A stretch of DNA of 64,000 bases from Candidatus Eiseniibacteriota bacterium (lineage in GTDB: Bacteria; Eisenbacteria; RBG-16-71-46): assembly GCA_044223005.1 (NCBI GenBank), contig JBGAML010000008.1, positions 1,171 through 65,170 on the forward strand. Direction: 5' to 3'. Each line of letters begins with the position of its first letter. Position 1 is the first letter of the stretch. This document shows, piece after piece, positions 7,655 through 17,626 of this stretch. A model generated the notes under the pieces. That model was not told the origin of the DNA and searched no databases. It worked only from the letters and a program-made list of their open reading frames with translations. A program made the translations under genes and the position numbers.

Positions 7655-10276
7655 TCAGTGGACGTTCGCTTCGTCGACGACCTGCATCAGCTCCGAAGCC
7701 AGTCGCGCCAGCTCCGTCGCCGCGGTACGCGTGTTCGCCGCGCCTTCCGTGGTGCTGCGGGCGGCCTCGGAGACGTTCGAGATGTTCCGCGAGATCTCCG
7801 TGCTGCCCTTGGCCGCCTCGGACGCGTTGCGGGCGATCTCGTTCGTCGTCGCGCTCTGCTCCTCGACGGCGCTCGCGATCGTGTTCTGGATGTCGTTGAT
7901 CTGGGTGATGATGCTGCTGATCTGCTCGATCGCGGTCACGGCGCCGCGCGTGTCGGTCTGGATGGCCTCGATCTTCTGGCCGATCTCCTCGGTCGCCGAC
8001 GCGGTCTGCTTGGCGAGCTCCTTGACCTCGTTCGCGACGACCGCGAAGCCCTTGCCGGCTTCACCGGCGCGTGCGGCTTCGATCGTGGCGTTGAGGGCGA
8101 GCAGGTTGGTCTGCTGTGCGATCGACGTGATCACCTTGATCACCTGGCCGATCTCGATGCTGCTCTCGCCGAGCTTGGCGACGGTCTGGTTCGTGTCGCT
8201 CGCCACGCGCACGGCCTGCGACGCGACCCGCGCCGCCTCGTGCGTGTTCTTGGCGATCTCCGTGACGCTCGCGCTCATCTCCTCGGCGCTCGTCGCCACG
8301 GTCTCGACGTTCTTGCTCACCTGCTCCGACGCGGCCGCGACCACGTTCGCCTGCGCCGCGGTCTCCTCGGAGTTCGAGCTCATCTGCTGGCTCACCGCCG
8401 ACAGCTCCTCGGACGCGCTGGAGAGCGACTGCGCGTTCCGCGCGATCGCCTGCATGGTGCGCTTGAGGTTCTCGGTCATCACCGCGACTTCCTGGCGCTT
8501 CTTGACGTCCGCGGTGATGTCCACGGCGAACTTCACGACCTTGACCGGCTTGCCGTCTGGGCCCGGGATCGGGTTGTACGACGCCTGGATCCACACCTCG
8601 CGCCCGCCCTTGGCGATCCGGCGGAACTCGCGGGCCTGGTACTCGCCGCGGTTCAGTGCCGCCCAGAACTGGCGGTAGTCGTCGCTCGCACGCTCGACGT
8701 CGTCGACGAACAGGCGGTGGTGCTGGCCGCGGATCTCCTCGAGCGCGTAGCCCAGCGCCCGGCAGAAGTTGTCGTTGGCCTCCACGATCGTGCCGTCCAT
8801 CTTGAACTCGATGACGGCCTGGGCGCGCGAGATGGCCGCCAGCTGCGCGGCCTTGTCGGCCACTTCGGCCTGCTGCTCGGAGACCCGGTTCCAGTCGAGC
8901 TGGTCGGTCTGGAACACGGACACCAGGCTGGTGCGCGCGTCGTTGAACGTGCGCGCCATGTCGGTGAGTTCGTCGTTGCCCGAAAGCGGGACGTCGTTGC
9001 GCAGGTCGCCCGCCGCGAGACCCTCGATGCCCTTCTGTACGGAGCCGACCGACGCGACGAGGCTCTTCGCGACCCACCACATGAGGCCGCTGCCGGCGAT
9101 CATCGCAAGCAGGCTCACGAGGGCGGTCATCCACAGCAGCCGGTTGCGGGCGTCCATGAGCTCGCTGTCGTGCACCGTGATCAGCGTGGTGAGGCCGCTG
9201 CCCACGAAGCCCATCACCGGGCGGCTCTTCGCCCAGGCGCCGTCGTGGACCGGTTCGCCCTTCTCGGGCGTGAAGTTGCCGAGCGAGCCCGTGTCGGACG
9301 AGCCGGCGGACGTCGCCTTGACGGCGAGCGCCATGCCTTCCTTGACGAGGTTCTCCGAGAGCGCCGAGGCGTCGTTGGACTTCCCGCTGTGCAGCTTCTC
9401 GGGGTCGACGTTCGTCACCAGATCGCCGTTGGCGTTCAGCATCTGGATCGACGCCGAGGCGAGGTCGTTGGCCTTGAAGCCGGCGTACGCCGCTTCCCCG
9501 ATCGAGGCGACGAGCGAACCGTCGAAGTAGTTCTGCCAGTAGCCGACGAGATTGCCGTTCCCGTCCTTGATGGGCGCCGTGAACGTCATCGTCCACGCGG
9601 GCGCCTGCCCGCCGTACACCGAGTTCACGATCTCGTCGCGGCGCGGCTGGGTCACGACCGTTCCCGTCAGCATGCCGCTGCCCGCGCCCGTCGTGAACTG
9701 CCCCTGCTTCGCCTTCTGGATGCCTTCGTCGCCGGAGAGGTCGTGCCCCAGGAGCTCGCGCGTGCCGTGCAGCGCCTGGCCGGCCGCGTTCTGGGTGTTC
9801 GTCGCGACGATGCGGCCGTTGCGGTCGGTGACCACGGACAGCGGGTAGCAGCCGTAGAGCGCCACGTACTGGTTGATCGCGTTCTGGATCGCGTTGCGAT
9901 CGCCCTCGGACATGCCGCCCAGGTCACGGTGCACGACCGGGTTCAGCGCGAAAGCCTGGACGTCGCCGTAGCGCTCGAACAGCAGCCGGTCGACCTTGTC
10001 CTGGATGTCCCCGGCCTGGTTGGCCAGCTGGGCGAAGCGCTCTTCGCGGATGCCTCCGGACTCGTGGATCACCCCGATCGCGAAAGCAACACAGACGCCC
10101 ACGAGCAGGGCGATGGTCGGGACCATCAGGCGGGCGCGGAGCCCGCCGCCCGCGATCTTCGACAGCCACGAAGGCCGGGCGGCGGTCCCCCCGCCGCCCG
10201 CGACGTGCACGGACGTCGAGGTGGACGGACGGGCCTGTGATTGGCGCTGATTCATGGCGGTCTCCATGGCGGTCAT
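7655..10276 (-). CDS. Methyl-accepting chemotaxis protein: TM, large periplasmic sensor, TM, HAMP, PAS, MCP signalling domain
   Basis: 873 aa. The PAS region is [37 protein letters not shown]. The canonical hairpin tip is [37 protein letters not shown]. The ATG at 10276 overlaps the cheW stop (ATGA). Confidence 0.9.
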   Translation of the reverse strand: MTAMETAMNQRQSQARPSTSTSVHVAGGGGTAARPSWLSKIAGGGLRARLMVPTIALLVGVCVAFAIGVIHESGGIREERFAQLANQAGDIQDKVDRLLFERYGDVQAFALNPVVHRDLGGMSEGDRNAIQNAINQYVALYGCYPLSVVTDRNGRIVATNTQNAAGQALHGTRELLGHDLSGDEGIQKAKQGQFTTGAGSGMLTGTVVTQPRRDEIVNSVYGGQAPAWTMTFTAPIKDGNGNLVGYWQNYFDGSLVASIGEAAYAGFKANDLASASIQMLNANGDLVTNVDPEKLHSGKSNDASALSENLVKEGMALAVKATSAGSSDTGSLGNFTPEKGEPVHDGAWAKSRPVMGFVGSGLTTLITVHDSELMDARNRLLWMTALVSLLAMIAGSGLMWWVAKSLVASVGSVQKGIEGLAAGDLRNDVPLSGNDELTDMARTFNDARTSLVSVFQTDQLDWNRVSEQQAEVADKAAQLAAISRAQAVIEFKMDGTIVEANDNFCRALGYALEEIRGQHHRLFVDDVERASDDYRQFWAALNRGEYQAREFRRIAKGGREVWIQASYNPIPGPDGKPVKVVKFAVDITADVKKRQEVAVMTENLKRTMQAIARNAQSLSSASEELSAVSQQMSSNSEETAAQANVVAAASEQVSKNVETVATSAEEMSASVTEIAKNTHEAARVASQAVRVASDTNQTVAKLGESSIEIGQVIKVITSIAQQTNLLALNATIEAARAGEAGKGFAVVANEVKELAKQTASATEEIGQKIEAIQTDTRGAVTAIEQISSIITQINDIQNTIASAVEEQSATTNEIARNASEAAKGSTEISRNISNVSEAARSTTEGAANTRTAATELARLASELMQVVDEANVH

Positions 10277-10767
10277 GCGGCGTGGGCGGGATCGCCCACG
10301 ACCGGGTTCGGGTGATGCGCTTCGTCCTGGAACTGGAGGAGGCGGGCGGTATCGAGTGCGAGCAACAGGCGGTCGCGGAGCTTGTAGACCCCGCGGGTCA
10401 CTTCACGCGCGAACCCCTGCAGGTTGCCCGGGGGGCGTTCGAAGGTGTCGTCGTCGACTTCGACGACGTCACCGATCTCGTCCACGAGCAGGCTCACGGG
10501 CCCGTCCTCGGTGCGGACGACGATGTTCGTGGGCAGCTGACCCTCCGGCAACGGCGGCAGGTCGAACCGGCGGCGTACGTCGATCGCCATCACGATCTGG
10601 CCGCGCAGGTTGATCAGGCCGCGCACCGTGTCGGGCGCGAGCGGGACGCGGGTCATCTCCTGGAAGCGGATCACTTCCTGGATTTGGACGACCTCGATCC
10701 CGAAGTAGAGCCCGTGGAGGTGGAACGTGCAGAACTGCCGCTTGTGGTCCAGGTTCTCGCCGCTCAT
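10273..10767 (-). CDS. cheW: Chemotaxis coupling protein CheW
   Basis: 164 aa, CheW-like fold sequence: [49 protein letters not shown]. The ATG overlaps the cheA stop (ATGA). Confidence 0.9.
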   Translation of the reverse strand: MSGENLDHKRQFCTFHLHGLYFGIEVVQIQEVIRFQEMTRVPLAPDTVRGLINLRGQIVMAIDVRRRFDLPPLPEGQLPTNIVVRTEDGPVSLLVDEIGDVVEVDDDTFERPPGNLQGFAREVTRGVYKLRDRLLLALDTARLLQFQDEAHHPNPVVGDPAHAA

Positions 10768-13163
10768 GCCGCGACCCCCATTTCCGATTGGTCGTCGATC
10801 GCGAGGGCCCCGGAGGCGCGCACGATGGCCGGGACGTCGAGCAGGTCCGTGACGCGGTTCTGGACGACGATCGACCCGAGCACGCCGGAAGCATCGGTGC
10901 GCCGGCGGGCATTCAAGCTCGTGCGGACGATGTCCTCGATGCGATCCACGACCAGGCCCATCGTCTGTCCGGCGTGCTGGATCACCACGACCCGGAGCTC
11001 TTGGGTCGGCGTGCCTCCCGCGCCGGCGGGCACGTGGCGCTCGACCATGATCAGCGGCAGCAGCGCGCCGCGGTACTGCACGACCTCCTGGTGGCCCGAG
11101 CGCTCCACCATGCTCCGCTCGAACTCCTCGAGCCGTGCGACCTCGGCGAGCGGCAGGGCGAACCGGCCCTCGGCCCCCACGCCCAGCACGAGCAGTGTCT
11201 GCTTGTCCTCGACGACGGCCGCCGCGGCCACATGGGATTCCGCGACCGCGCTCTCGCGAGTCTCGGTGACCACGTGGGCCCGGTGGGCGAGCCCCGGGAC
11301 GTCGAGGATCAGCGCCACGCGGCCGTCACCCATGATGGTGGCGCCCGCGTAGAGCGCGATGTTCTTGAGTCGCTTGTCGAGCGGCTTGACGACGATCTCC
11401 TCGGTGTCGTTGACCGTGTCGACGATCAGGCCGAACGCGCGGCCTTCCGCCTGGAGCACGACGATGTTGAGGTTGTCCGCGTCGGCCCGGTCGTGCGACA
11501 GCCGCATCTCGCGGTTCAGGTAGACGAGCGGCAGCAGCTCGCCGCGGAGCCGGAACACCGGTGCGCCGTGGATCGTCTCGATCCCGAGCGCGGCCTGGTC
11601 GCCGCCCAGGCGGACCAGCTCCAGCAGGTTCACCTGCGGAATCGCGAACCGGTCGCCGCCGCTCGTGACGATCAGGGCGGGGATGATCGCGAGCGTGAGC
11701 GGGATCTTGATGCGGATGGTCGTGCCAGCGTTCCTCTCGCTCGACACGTCGACCGAGCCGCCGATCTTCTCGATGTTCGTCTTCACGACGTCCATGCCGA
11801 CGCCGCGGCCCGAGACGTTGGTCACCGCCTCGGCCGTGGAGAAGCCGGGTGCGAAGATGAGCTGGTGCGCCTCGCGATCGCTGATGCGCGCCGCGCGCTC
11901 GGGCGTGAGGATGCCGCGCTCGACGGCCTTGGCGACGACGCGCTCGACGTCGATGCCCCGGCCGTCGTCGGCGATCTCGATGTTGACCTTGCCGCCCTCG
12001 TGGAACGCGCGCATGAGCAGTGTGCCCTGCTCGGTCTTGCCGTTGCCGCGCCGTGCGTCCGGGCGCTCGATGCCGTGGTCGACCGAGTTGCGCACGATGT
12101 GCGTCAGCGGATCCTTGATCGCCTCGATGATCGTGCGGTCGAGCTCGGTCTCGTTGCCTTCCATCACGAGGTGGACGTTCTTGCCGAGTTCGGTCGAGAG
12201 GTCGCGGACGACGCGCGGGAACTTGGACCAGACGTTTCCGATCGGCTGCATGCGCGTCTTCATCACGTTCTCCTGCAGCTCGGTCGTGATGATGTTCAGG
12301 CGCTGCGACGCGGCGAGCAGCCCGTCGTCCTCGCGGGTCGACGAGTGCTGGATGATCTGGTTGCGCGCGAGCACGAGCTCGCCGACCAGGTTCATGAGCC
12401 GGTCGAGCTGGCCCACGTCCACGCGGATCGCCGAATCGGCGACCGACGGCCCGCGCGTCGCGCTCGCGACGGGTGCGGGCTCGGGACGGGCGGCCGGCGC
12501 CGGCTCGGGCTCGTGCGCCGGCGCGGGTGACGCGGGTGGCACGAGCGAGAGGGCCGGAGCCTTCGTCCGTGGCGGCGCCACGGGTGCGGGAGCCGGTGCG
12601 GTGACGGACTCGGGACCCGGGGAAACGGAGTCGGGCATGGCGGCCTCTGTCGGCGCGGGGACGAGCGGGCAGGGGGCTTCCACCGCGGCCTCGGGCACCG
12701 ACGGCTCGGCGGCGACGACGTCCTCGTCGTCGAACAGGCCCCACTTCGTTCCCTCGCCCGTGAAGTCGGTCTTCGTGAGGGAGTCGAGCTTCGCGATCAG
12801 CTCGCCGTGGTCGGCGTCACCTTCGGAGCCGGTGCTCTCGAGCACGCCGAGCATCTGGCGCAGCGCATCCGACATGCGGAGGAGCGTCGTGATGCGTTCG
12901 CGGTTCGCGTTGAGCCGGCCTTCGCGCACGAGCGACAGCAGGTTCTCTCCGACGTGCGCGAGCTTCTCGATGCGATTGAGGGCGAGGCAGCCACTCGTGC
13001 CCTTGATCGTGTGGATCACCCGGAAGATCGCATTGAGCGTCTCGCCGTCCGAGGTGCCCTGCTCGAGATCCAGGAGGTAGCGATCGAAACGATCGAGCCC
13101 CTCGTAGCTCTCGATCAACATGTCGTTGACGAGCTGCCGTTGCAGGTCCTCGTTCAGGCTCAT
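10764..13163 (-). CDS. cheA: Chemotaxis histidine kinase CheA (P1 Hpt, Pro/Ala-rich linker, P3, P4, then two CheW-like domains)
   Basis: Trimmed from listed ORF 10764..13319 to ATG 13163 (MSLNEDLQRQLV...). The Hpt motif is FRVIHTIKGTSG. The P4 boxes are HIVRNSVDHG, DDGRGID, FAPGFST and GRGVGMDVV. Two CheW-like segments follow (DRFAIPQVNLLELV... and GRFALPLAEVARLEEF...). Confidence 0.9.
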   Translation of the reverse strand: MSLNEDLQRQLVNDMLIESYEGLDRFDRYLLDLEQGTSDGETLNAIFRVIHTIKGTSGCLALNRIEKLAHVGENLLSLVREGRLNANRERITTLLRMSDALRQMLGVLESTGSEGDADHGELIAKLDSLTKTDFTGEGTKWGLFDDEDVVAAEPSVPEAAVEAPCPLVPAPTEAAMPDSVSPGPESVTAPAPAPVAPPRTKAPALSLVPPASPAPAHEPEPAPAARPEPAPVASATRGPSVADSAIRVDVGQLDRLMNLVGELVLARNQIIQHSSTREDDGLLAASQRLNIITTELQENVMKTRMQPIGNVWSKFPRVVRDLSTELGKNVHLVMEGNETELDRTIIEAIKDPLTHIVRNSVDHGIERPDARRGNGKTEQGTLLMRAFHEGGKVNIEIADDGRGIDVERVVAKAVERGILTPERAARISDREAHQLIFAPGFSTAEAVTNVSGRGVGMDVVKTNIEKIGGSVDVSSERNAGTTIRIKIPLTLAIIPALIVTSGGDRFAIPQVNLLELVRLGGDQAALGIETIHGAPVFRLRGELLPLVYLNREMRLSHDRADADNLNIVVLQAEGRAFGLIVDTVNDTEEIVVKPLDKRLKNIALYAGATIMGDGRVALILDVPGLAHRAHVVTETRESAVAESHVAAAAVVEDKQTLLVLGVGAEGRFALPLAEVARLEEFERSMVERSGHQEVVQYRGALLPLIMVERHVPAGAGGTPTQELRVVVIQHAGQTMGLVVDRIEDIVRTSLNARRRTDASGVLGSIVVQNRVTDLLDVPAIVRASGALAIDDQSEMGVAA

Positions 13164-13426
13164 CGATGATTCCCCTCGCTGCTTCCGGACGCGACGAACG
13201 CGCGGCCGGAATGGGACCGGCACGCGACGGATCGTGGTCGCGGAGGCGGTGCTGCTCGATACGCTCGGTGGCTGCGGAGCTGCGCCGCGCGAGGGGTGCG
13301 CGGAAGGTGGTTCCTGCACAACATCGGCCGTTTCGCGGAGCGCCTTTAGGCTCGCCCGCGACCGCGTTCTCGATTCGATCGCACGCGCGGTCCGGCGGCC
13401 GCCGGGCGCGCGGGCGTTCCGCGGGT

Positions 13427-13456
13427 GGTACCGCCCCGCGTGCGCGGAACGGTACC
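13427..13456 (-). terminator. Hairpin just downstream of the hybrid-kinase stop codon (possible terminator or attenuator ahead of the che operon)
   Basis: GGTACCG...CGGTACC arms enclose a second palindrome CCGCG-TG-CGCGG. It lies about 11 nt after the stop at 13467-13469. There is no clear U-tract. Confidence 0.3.
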
Positions 13457-13466
13457 GTCCGCGCGG

Positions 13467-15803
13467 TCAGGCGAGCGGCGAGGCGGCCGCCTCGAGCTGG
13501 TCGAGCGTCCGCTGCACGACCATGCGCAGCGACGCTTCACGGACCGGCTTGGCGAGGAATGCGTCCATGCCGCTCTGCCGGCACCGTTCCCGGTCGGAGG
13601 GCAGCACGCTGGCCGTGAGGGCGATGATCGGCGTGTGCCTGCCGTCCGTCTCCTCGCTCCGGATGCGGGTAGTGGCCTCGTAACCGGTCATCTGCGGCAT
13701 GAGGCAGTCCATGAACACGACTGCGTAGTCGTTCTTCCGCCACAGCTCGACGGCCTGCAGACCGTCGTCGGCCCGGTCGACCTCGAACCCGAGCCGCTCG
13801 AGCAGCCGCACCGCGACGAGCTGGTTGGTCGGATCGTCCTCGGCCACGAGCACGCGCGGCTTCGCGCCCTCGCCGGCGGCCGTCGCCAGCGGTTCGAGCG
13901 GCGCCGGAGCCTGCGGTGCGGGAGCGGGTGCCGGCCGCGTGGGCTTCTCGACCTCGCGGCGCGTCACGATCGCCGGCTCGGCTCCGGTGCCGCGGCGTAC
14001 GGCGAGCACCTTCACGAACGCTTCCTGGAGGATCGACGGCAGGATGGGCTTGAGGAAGAAGCCGTCGAATCCCGCGCGGGCGAACCGGCGGGCTTCGTCG
14101 CGATCCGCGGAGGCGGTGAACATCATGAGCGCGAGCCCGGCGGTGCGGGCGTCGGACCGGAGCTCGCGGCCGAGCTCCTCGCCGGTCATGCCCGGCATCA
14201 CGTTGTCGATGAGCGCGAGCCGGTACGGATCGGCGGACTCCGCCGCGTCACGCAGCATCGCCAGCCCAGTCCGGCCGTCCGGGGCCGTCTCGACGCGCAT
14301 GCCGAGCGCCGTCATCTGGCGGCGCAGCACCATGCGGTGGATCTCGACGTCGTCCACGATGAGGGCGCGAACGCCCTCGAGCGGCGCGGGTTGGTCCGTG
14401 ACCGGGACGGCCTCGTCGACCGCGAGCGTCATCGTCGCGGTGAACGTGGAGCCTTCGCCCGGCGCGCTCGTCGCGAGCACGGCGCCGTCCATCGCCTCGG
14501 CGAGCCGCCGGATCATCGGCAGCGGCGCCCCGGTGCTGCCCGTGCGGCGCGGCGCGCCGGACGCGTGCTCGAACAGGGTCGCGAGCCGGGCCGGCTCGAT
14601 CCCCGCACCGGTGTCCTCGACGGCCACGCGGACCAGGGCCACGCGAGCGTCCTTGCGCGGGGCGTCCACCGTCACGAGCACGTGGCCGCGAACGGTGAAG
14701 GCCAGCGCGTTCTCGACCAGGCCGTTGACCAGCTGCCGCACCCGGACGGGATCCCCGACCAGCGGGGAGGGCAGTTCGGGACTCACCTGCAGCACCAGCT
14801 CGACGCCGCGGCGCGCGGCGCCGGCCGAGTAGGCCTCGATCACGCTCTCGACCGTGGCGCGGAGGTCGAACCGGGCGGGTTCGAGCAGCAGCGCGCCGCC
14901 GTCGGAGCTCGCGAAGTCGAGCACTTCGTTCACGCCGGACACCAGCGACTCGCACGCGGCGAGCGCGTTCTCGGCCAGTTCGAGCTGGTCGGCGTCGAGC
15001 GCCGAGTCGACCAGCAGCTGCAGCGTGCCGAGCACGCTGTTGAGCGGTGTCCGCATCGACGTCCCGATGCCGGCCAGGAACTCGGTCTTCGCCCGTTCCG
15101 CGGCCTGCAGCGCTTCGCGTGCGGCGGTCAGCTCCTGGTTGCGGGCCTGGAGCGCGATCACGCGCCGCTCGAGATCCTGGATCCGGTTGTTCGGCGAGTC
15201 CGCCGAAGTGGTGTGGGCGGCGAGCCGGGCGGCCGCGCGCCGGCGGGCGAGTTCCGCCGCGAGCCGCTCCAGCACCGGTGCCAGCGCGGACGGCAGGGCG
15301 GCCGCGGGGTGCGAATCGGGCGGGTCGAGCACGGCGAGCACTCCGGGGAGCAGCGCGCCCGGCGCCTGCAGCCCGATCGCCACGATGCGGTGGGCGCTGC
15401 CGGGGAACATCGTCTCCGCGGCGAGCGACTCGGCCTCGCGGCCCGTGCACTCGACCCACTCCTCTTCGCCCCGCGCGATCGGCGCGAACGGCGAGGGGGC
15501 GAGCTCGAGGGCGAATGGCTCCTCGCGACGGCCGCGGATCACGGTGGCGATGCCCCGCAGCTCGACGCCGTCTTCGGCGATCTCGGCGATCACGATGCCG
15601 CGCGCTTCGAGCGCGTCGGCGAGCCCTTCGGCGACGTTCCAGAGGAACTCGTCCGCGCTCACGGACGCGCCGGCGACGCACAGCTGTGCGGCGAGCGTTC
15701 CGGGATCGGGCAGGGCCGGCGCCGGCCGGCGGGCCCGCGGAGTGGAGCGGGAGGGATTCGTGCGCGCGCGTGCGGCGGTCTTGCGGCGGGGGCGTTTCGG
15801 CAT
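13467..15803 (-). CDS. Hybrid sensor kinase-like protein: cytoplasmic N-terminal sensor region, HisKA-like, HATPase_c, two receiver domains
   Basis: 778 aa, ATG with a GGAG RBS. The DHp-like segment is AERAKTEFLAGIGTSMRTPLNSVLG. The HATPase boxes are LVENALAFT and VEDTGAGI. REC1 shows LIVDD...LIDNVMPGMTG...LKP and REC2 shows LVAEDD...FMDCLMPQMTG...AKP. Confidence 0.85.
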   Translation of the reverse strand: MPKRPRRKTAARARTNPSRSTPRARRPAPALPDPGTLAAQLCVAGASVSADEFLWNVAEGLADALEARGIVIAEIAEDGVELRGIATVIRGRREEPFALELAPSPFAPIARGEEEWVECTGREAESLAAETMFPGSAHRIVAIGLQAPGALLPGVLAVLDPPDSHPAAALPSALAPVLERLAAELARRRAAARLAAHTTSADSPNNRIQDLERRVIALQARNQELTAAREALQAAERAKTEFLAGIGTSMRTPLNSVLGTLQLLVDSALDADQLELAENALAACESLVSGVNEVLDFASSDGGALLLEPARFDLRATVESVIEAYSAGAARRGVELVLQVSPELPSPLVGDPVRVRQLVNGLVENALAFTVRGHVLVTVDAPRKDARVALVRVAVEDTGAGIEPARLATLFEHASGAPRRTGSTGAPLPMIRRLAEAMDGAVLATSAPGEGSTFTATMTLAVDEAVPVTDQPAPLEGVRALIVDDVEIHRMVLRRQMTALGMRVETAPDGRTGLAMLRDAAESADPYRLALIDNVMPGMTGEELGRELRSDARTAGLALMMFTASADRDEARRFARAGFDGFFLKPILPSILQEAFVKVLAVRRGTGAEPAIVTRREVEKPTRPAPAPAPQAPAPLEPLATAAGEGAKPRVLVAEDDPTNQLVAVRLLERLGFEVDRADDGLQAVELWRKNDYAVVFMDCLMPQMTGYEATTRIRSEETDGRHTPIIALTASVLPSDRERCRQSGMDAFLAKPVREASLRMVVQRTLDQLEAAASPLA

Positions 15804-16069
15804 CGTCGTTCTCCGGCCCGAAGGAGCATGAAGCGACGCGTGAATCGTTCACGCATCGATCCACGGGCGGACCCGGGGAACGGCTGCCCGGCGCAGGCGC
15901 GCGCACGCCCACCGAACGACCCCTCTCCACCGCGGTCCGTCCGCGGTGAAAACACGGCGCGCGGGGTTCCTCGACGAGGCCGGGCTCTTCCCGTCCGAAC
16001 GGGGGGATCGCGGCACTGCGGGGGACACCACACGTTCCCCCGTTTCATCGGCCGCGACCGGGGCGGGCT

Positions 16070-17626
16070 TCAGGTCTTCTGCTTCTTCTTCTCCGCCGCC
16101 GGAAACAGGACGTTGTTCAGGATGAGCCGATAGCCCGGAGAATGCGGGAACTCGTCCAGCCTGGTCGCGGGGTCCCCGACCATGTGCTGGTAGTCCTCGG
16201 GGTCGTGGCCGCCGAGGAACGTGAAGGTGCCGCGCCCGAATTGGCCGTGGACGTACTTCACCTCGTCCGCGCCTTCGACCTCGGCGAGCACCGTGACGCC
16301 CGGTTTGAGCGTGGCGCGATGGAACCCGGTCGACTGGCCGAGGAACTCGGGGATCGCGTTCACGTGGTCCTGCGTGAGCATCGTGGGCACCGGGTCGTTC
16401 TTGGCGCTGAAGTCGAACAGCGTGAACACGGTGTTGGGTCCGCGCAGGTTCGCCTCGGCGGTGCAGTCGATGTCCGAAAAACGGTAGGCGATCGGGTCCA
16501 TCTCGAGGTGGAAGTTCCGGAACGCCAGCGTGCGCGAGAAGTCGAGCTTGGACTGCGCGGAAGGGTCCGGCGGATCGCCGTCGTAGATCACGTCCGCGAT
16601 GTCCACGCCCGCGGCCGCGAGCGCGATGTCGTACGTGTCGGTCGCGGAGCACATGCCGAACATGAAACCGCCGCGATCGACCCAGTCGCGGATCGTCAGG
16701 GCCACGGCCGCCTTGAGCTGCGTCACCTTCGCGTAGCCGAGCTTCGCGGCCATCGCCTTCTGGACCGTCTCCTCCTCCTGGTACCACGGGAACGTGTGGT
16801 AGGCGCCCCAGAACTTGCCGTGCTGCCCGGTGAAGTCCTCGTGATGCAGGTGCAGCCAGTCGTACTTGGCGAGATCGCCCTTGAGGACCTCTTCGTCCCA
16901 CACGCGCGTGTAGGGGATGTTGGCGTAGTCGAGCGCGAGCGTGACCGCGTCGTCCCACGGCGGGCTGTTGGGCGGGATGTAGACGGCGACGCGCGGGGCC
17001 TTCTCGAGCGCGACCGTCTCCATGTTGGCGTCGGCGACCTCGGCGCGCATCGCCGCTTCGTCGGAACCCGACATCTCCTGCAGCGAGACGCCGCGGATGT
17101 TGGCCTCGCGCACGATCGCCTCTTCCTCGGGCAGCAGGAAGGAGCCGCCGCGATAGTTGAGCAGCCACTCGGCCTTGCCGCCCTGCTGCAGCACCCAGAA
17201 CGTCAGCCCGTACGCCTTGAGGTGGTTCGTCTGGTGATCGTCCATCGGCACCAGCAGCTTGGCGTGAGCGGTGGCCGGGGCGAGCGCGGCGCCGAGCAGC
17301 GCGAGCGCGAGCACGAGCGGCAGCGCCTCGACCACCTCGGCGTACGAGCGCGCATCGGTTTGCGGCGCCGCGGGAGGCGCATCGCCCGGTGCCGTCGCGT
17401 CCGGCTCGGGAGCCACCGGCTCCGGCGCGCCGGGCGCGGGTCCGCCGAAACGGAAGACGCGCACGTTGCGGCGTGCGCCCGGCAGGGCGAGGAGCGCGAG
17501 GCCGAGCGTCACGAGCGCGACCAGCACGAGCGGGATCGCGGCCAGGCCCGCGACGACCGTGCCGAGCGGGCCCGGGCGCGAGCCGCCGCTGCGGCCGAGC
17601 GATGCGTTGCCGAGACGGAGCCTCAC
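16070..17626 (-). CDS. Membrane-anchored or secreted conserved protein, class-I glutamine-amidotransferase-like. From memory, homologues are often annotated as asparagine synthetase B.
   Basis: This is the C-terminal part of listed ORF 16070..18814. The proposed GTG start at 17626 overlaps the TPR gene stop (GTGA). One TM segment is followed by the signal-like ALPLVLALALLGAALAPATAHA, then conserved-looking LLVPMDDHQTNHLKAYGLTFWVLQQGGKAEWLLNYRGGSFLL. The start is uncertain; an internal start before the second hydrophobic segment is possible. Confidence 0.6.
   Translation of the reverse strand: MRLRLGNASLGRSGGSRPGPLGTVVAGLAAIPLVLVALVTLGLALLALPGARRNVRVFRFGGPAPGAPEPVAPEPDATAPGDAPPAAPQTDARSYAEVVEALPLVLALALLGAALAPATAHAKLLVPMDDHQTNHLKAYGLTFWVLQQGGKAEWLLNYRGGSFLLPEEEAIVREANIRGVSLQEMSGSDEAAMRAEVADANMETVALEKAPRVAVYIPPNSPPWDDAVTLALDYANIPYTRVWDEEVLKGDLAKYDWLHLHHEDFTGQHGKFWGAYHTFPWYQEEETVQKAMAAKLGYAKVTQLKAAVALTIRDWVDRGGFMFGMCSATDTYDIALAAAGVDIADVIYDGDPPDPSAQSKLDFSRTLAFRNFHLEMDPIAYRFSDIDCTAEANLRGPNTVFTLFDFSAKNDPVPTMLTQDHVNAIPEFLGQSTGFHRATLKPGVTVLAEVEGADEVKYVHGQFGRGTFTFLGGHDPEDYQHMVGDPATRLDEFPHSPGYRLILNNVLFPAAEKKKQKT

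Noticed and set aside
16021-16050. Hairpin GGGGGA…TCCCCC just downstream of the amidotransferase-like gene stop, as a terminator
   Set aside because: The stem is short and imperfect, and there is no U-tract on the minus-strand transcript. This is not enough to call.
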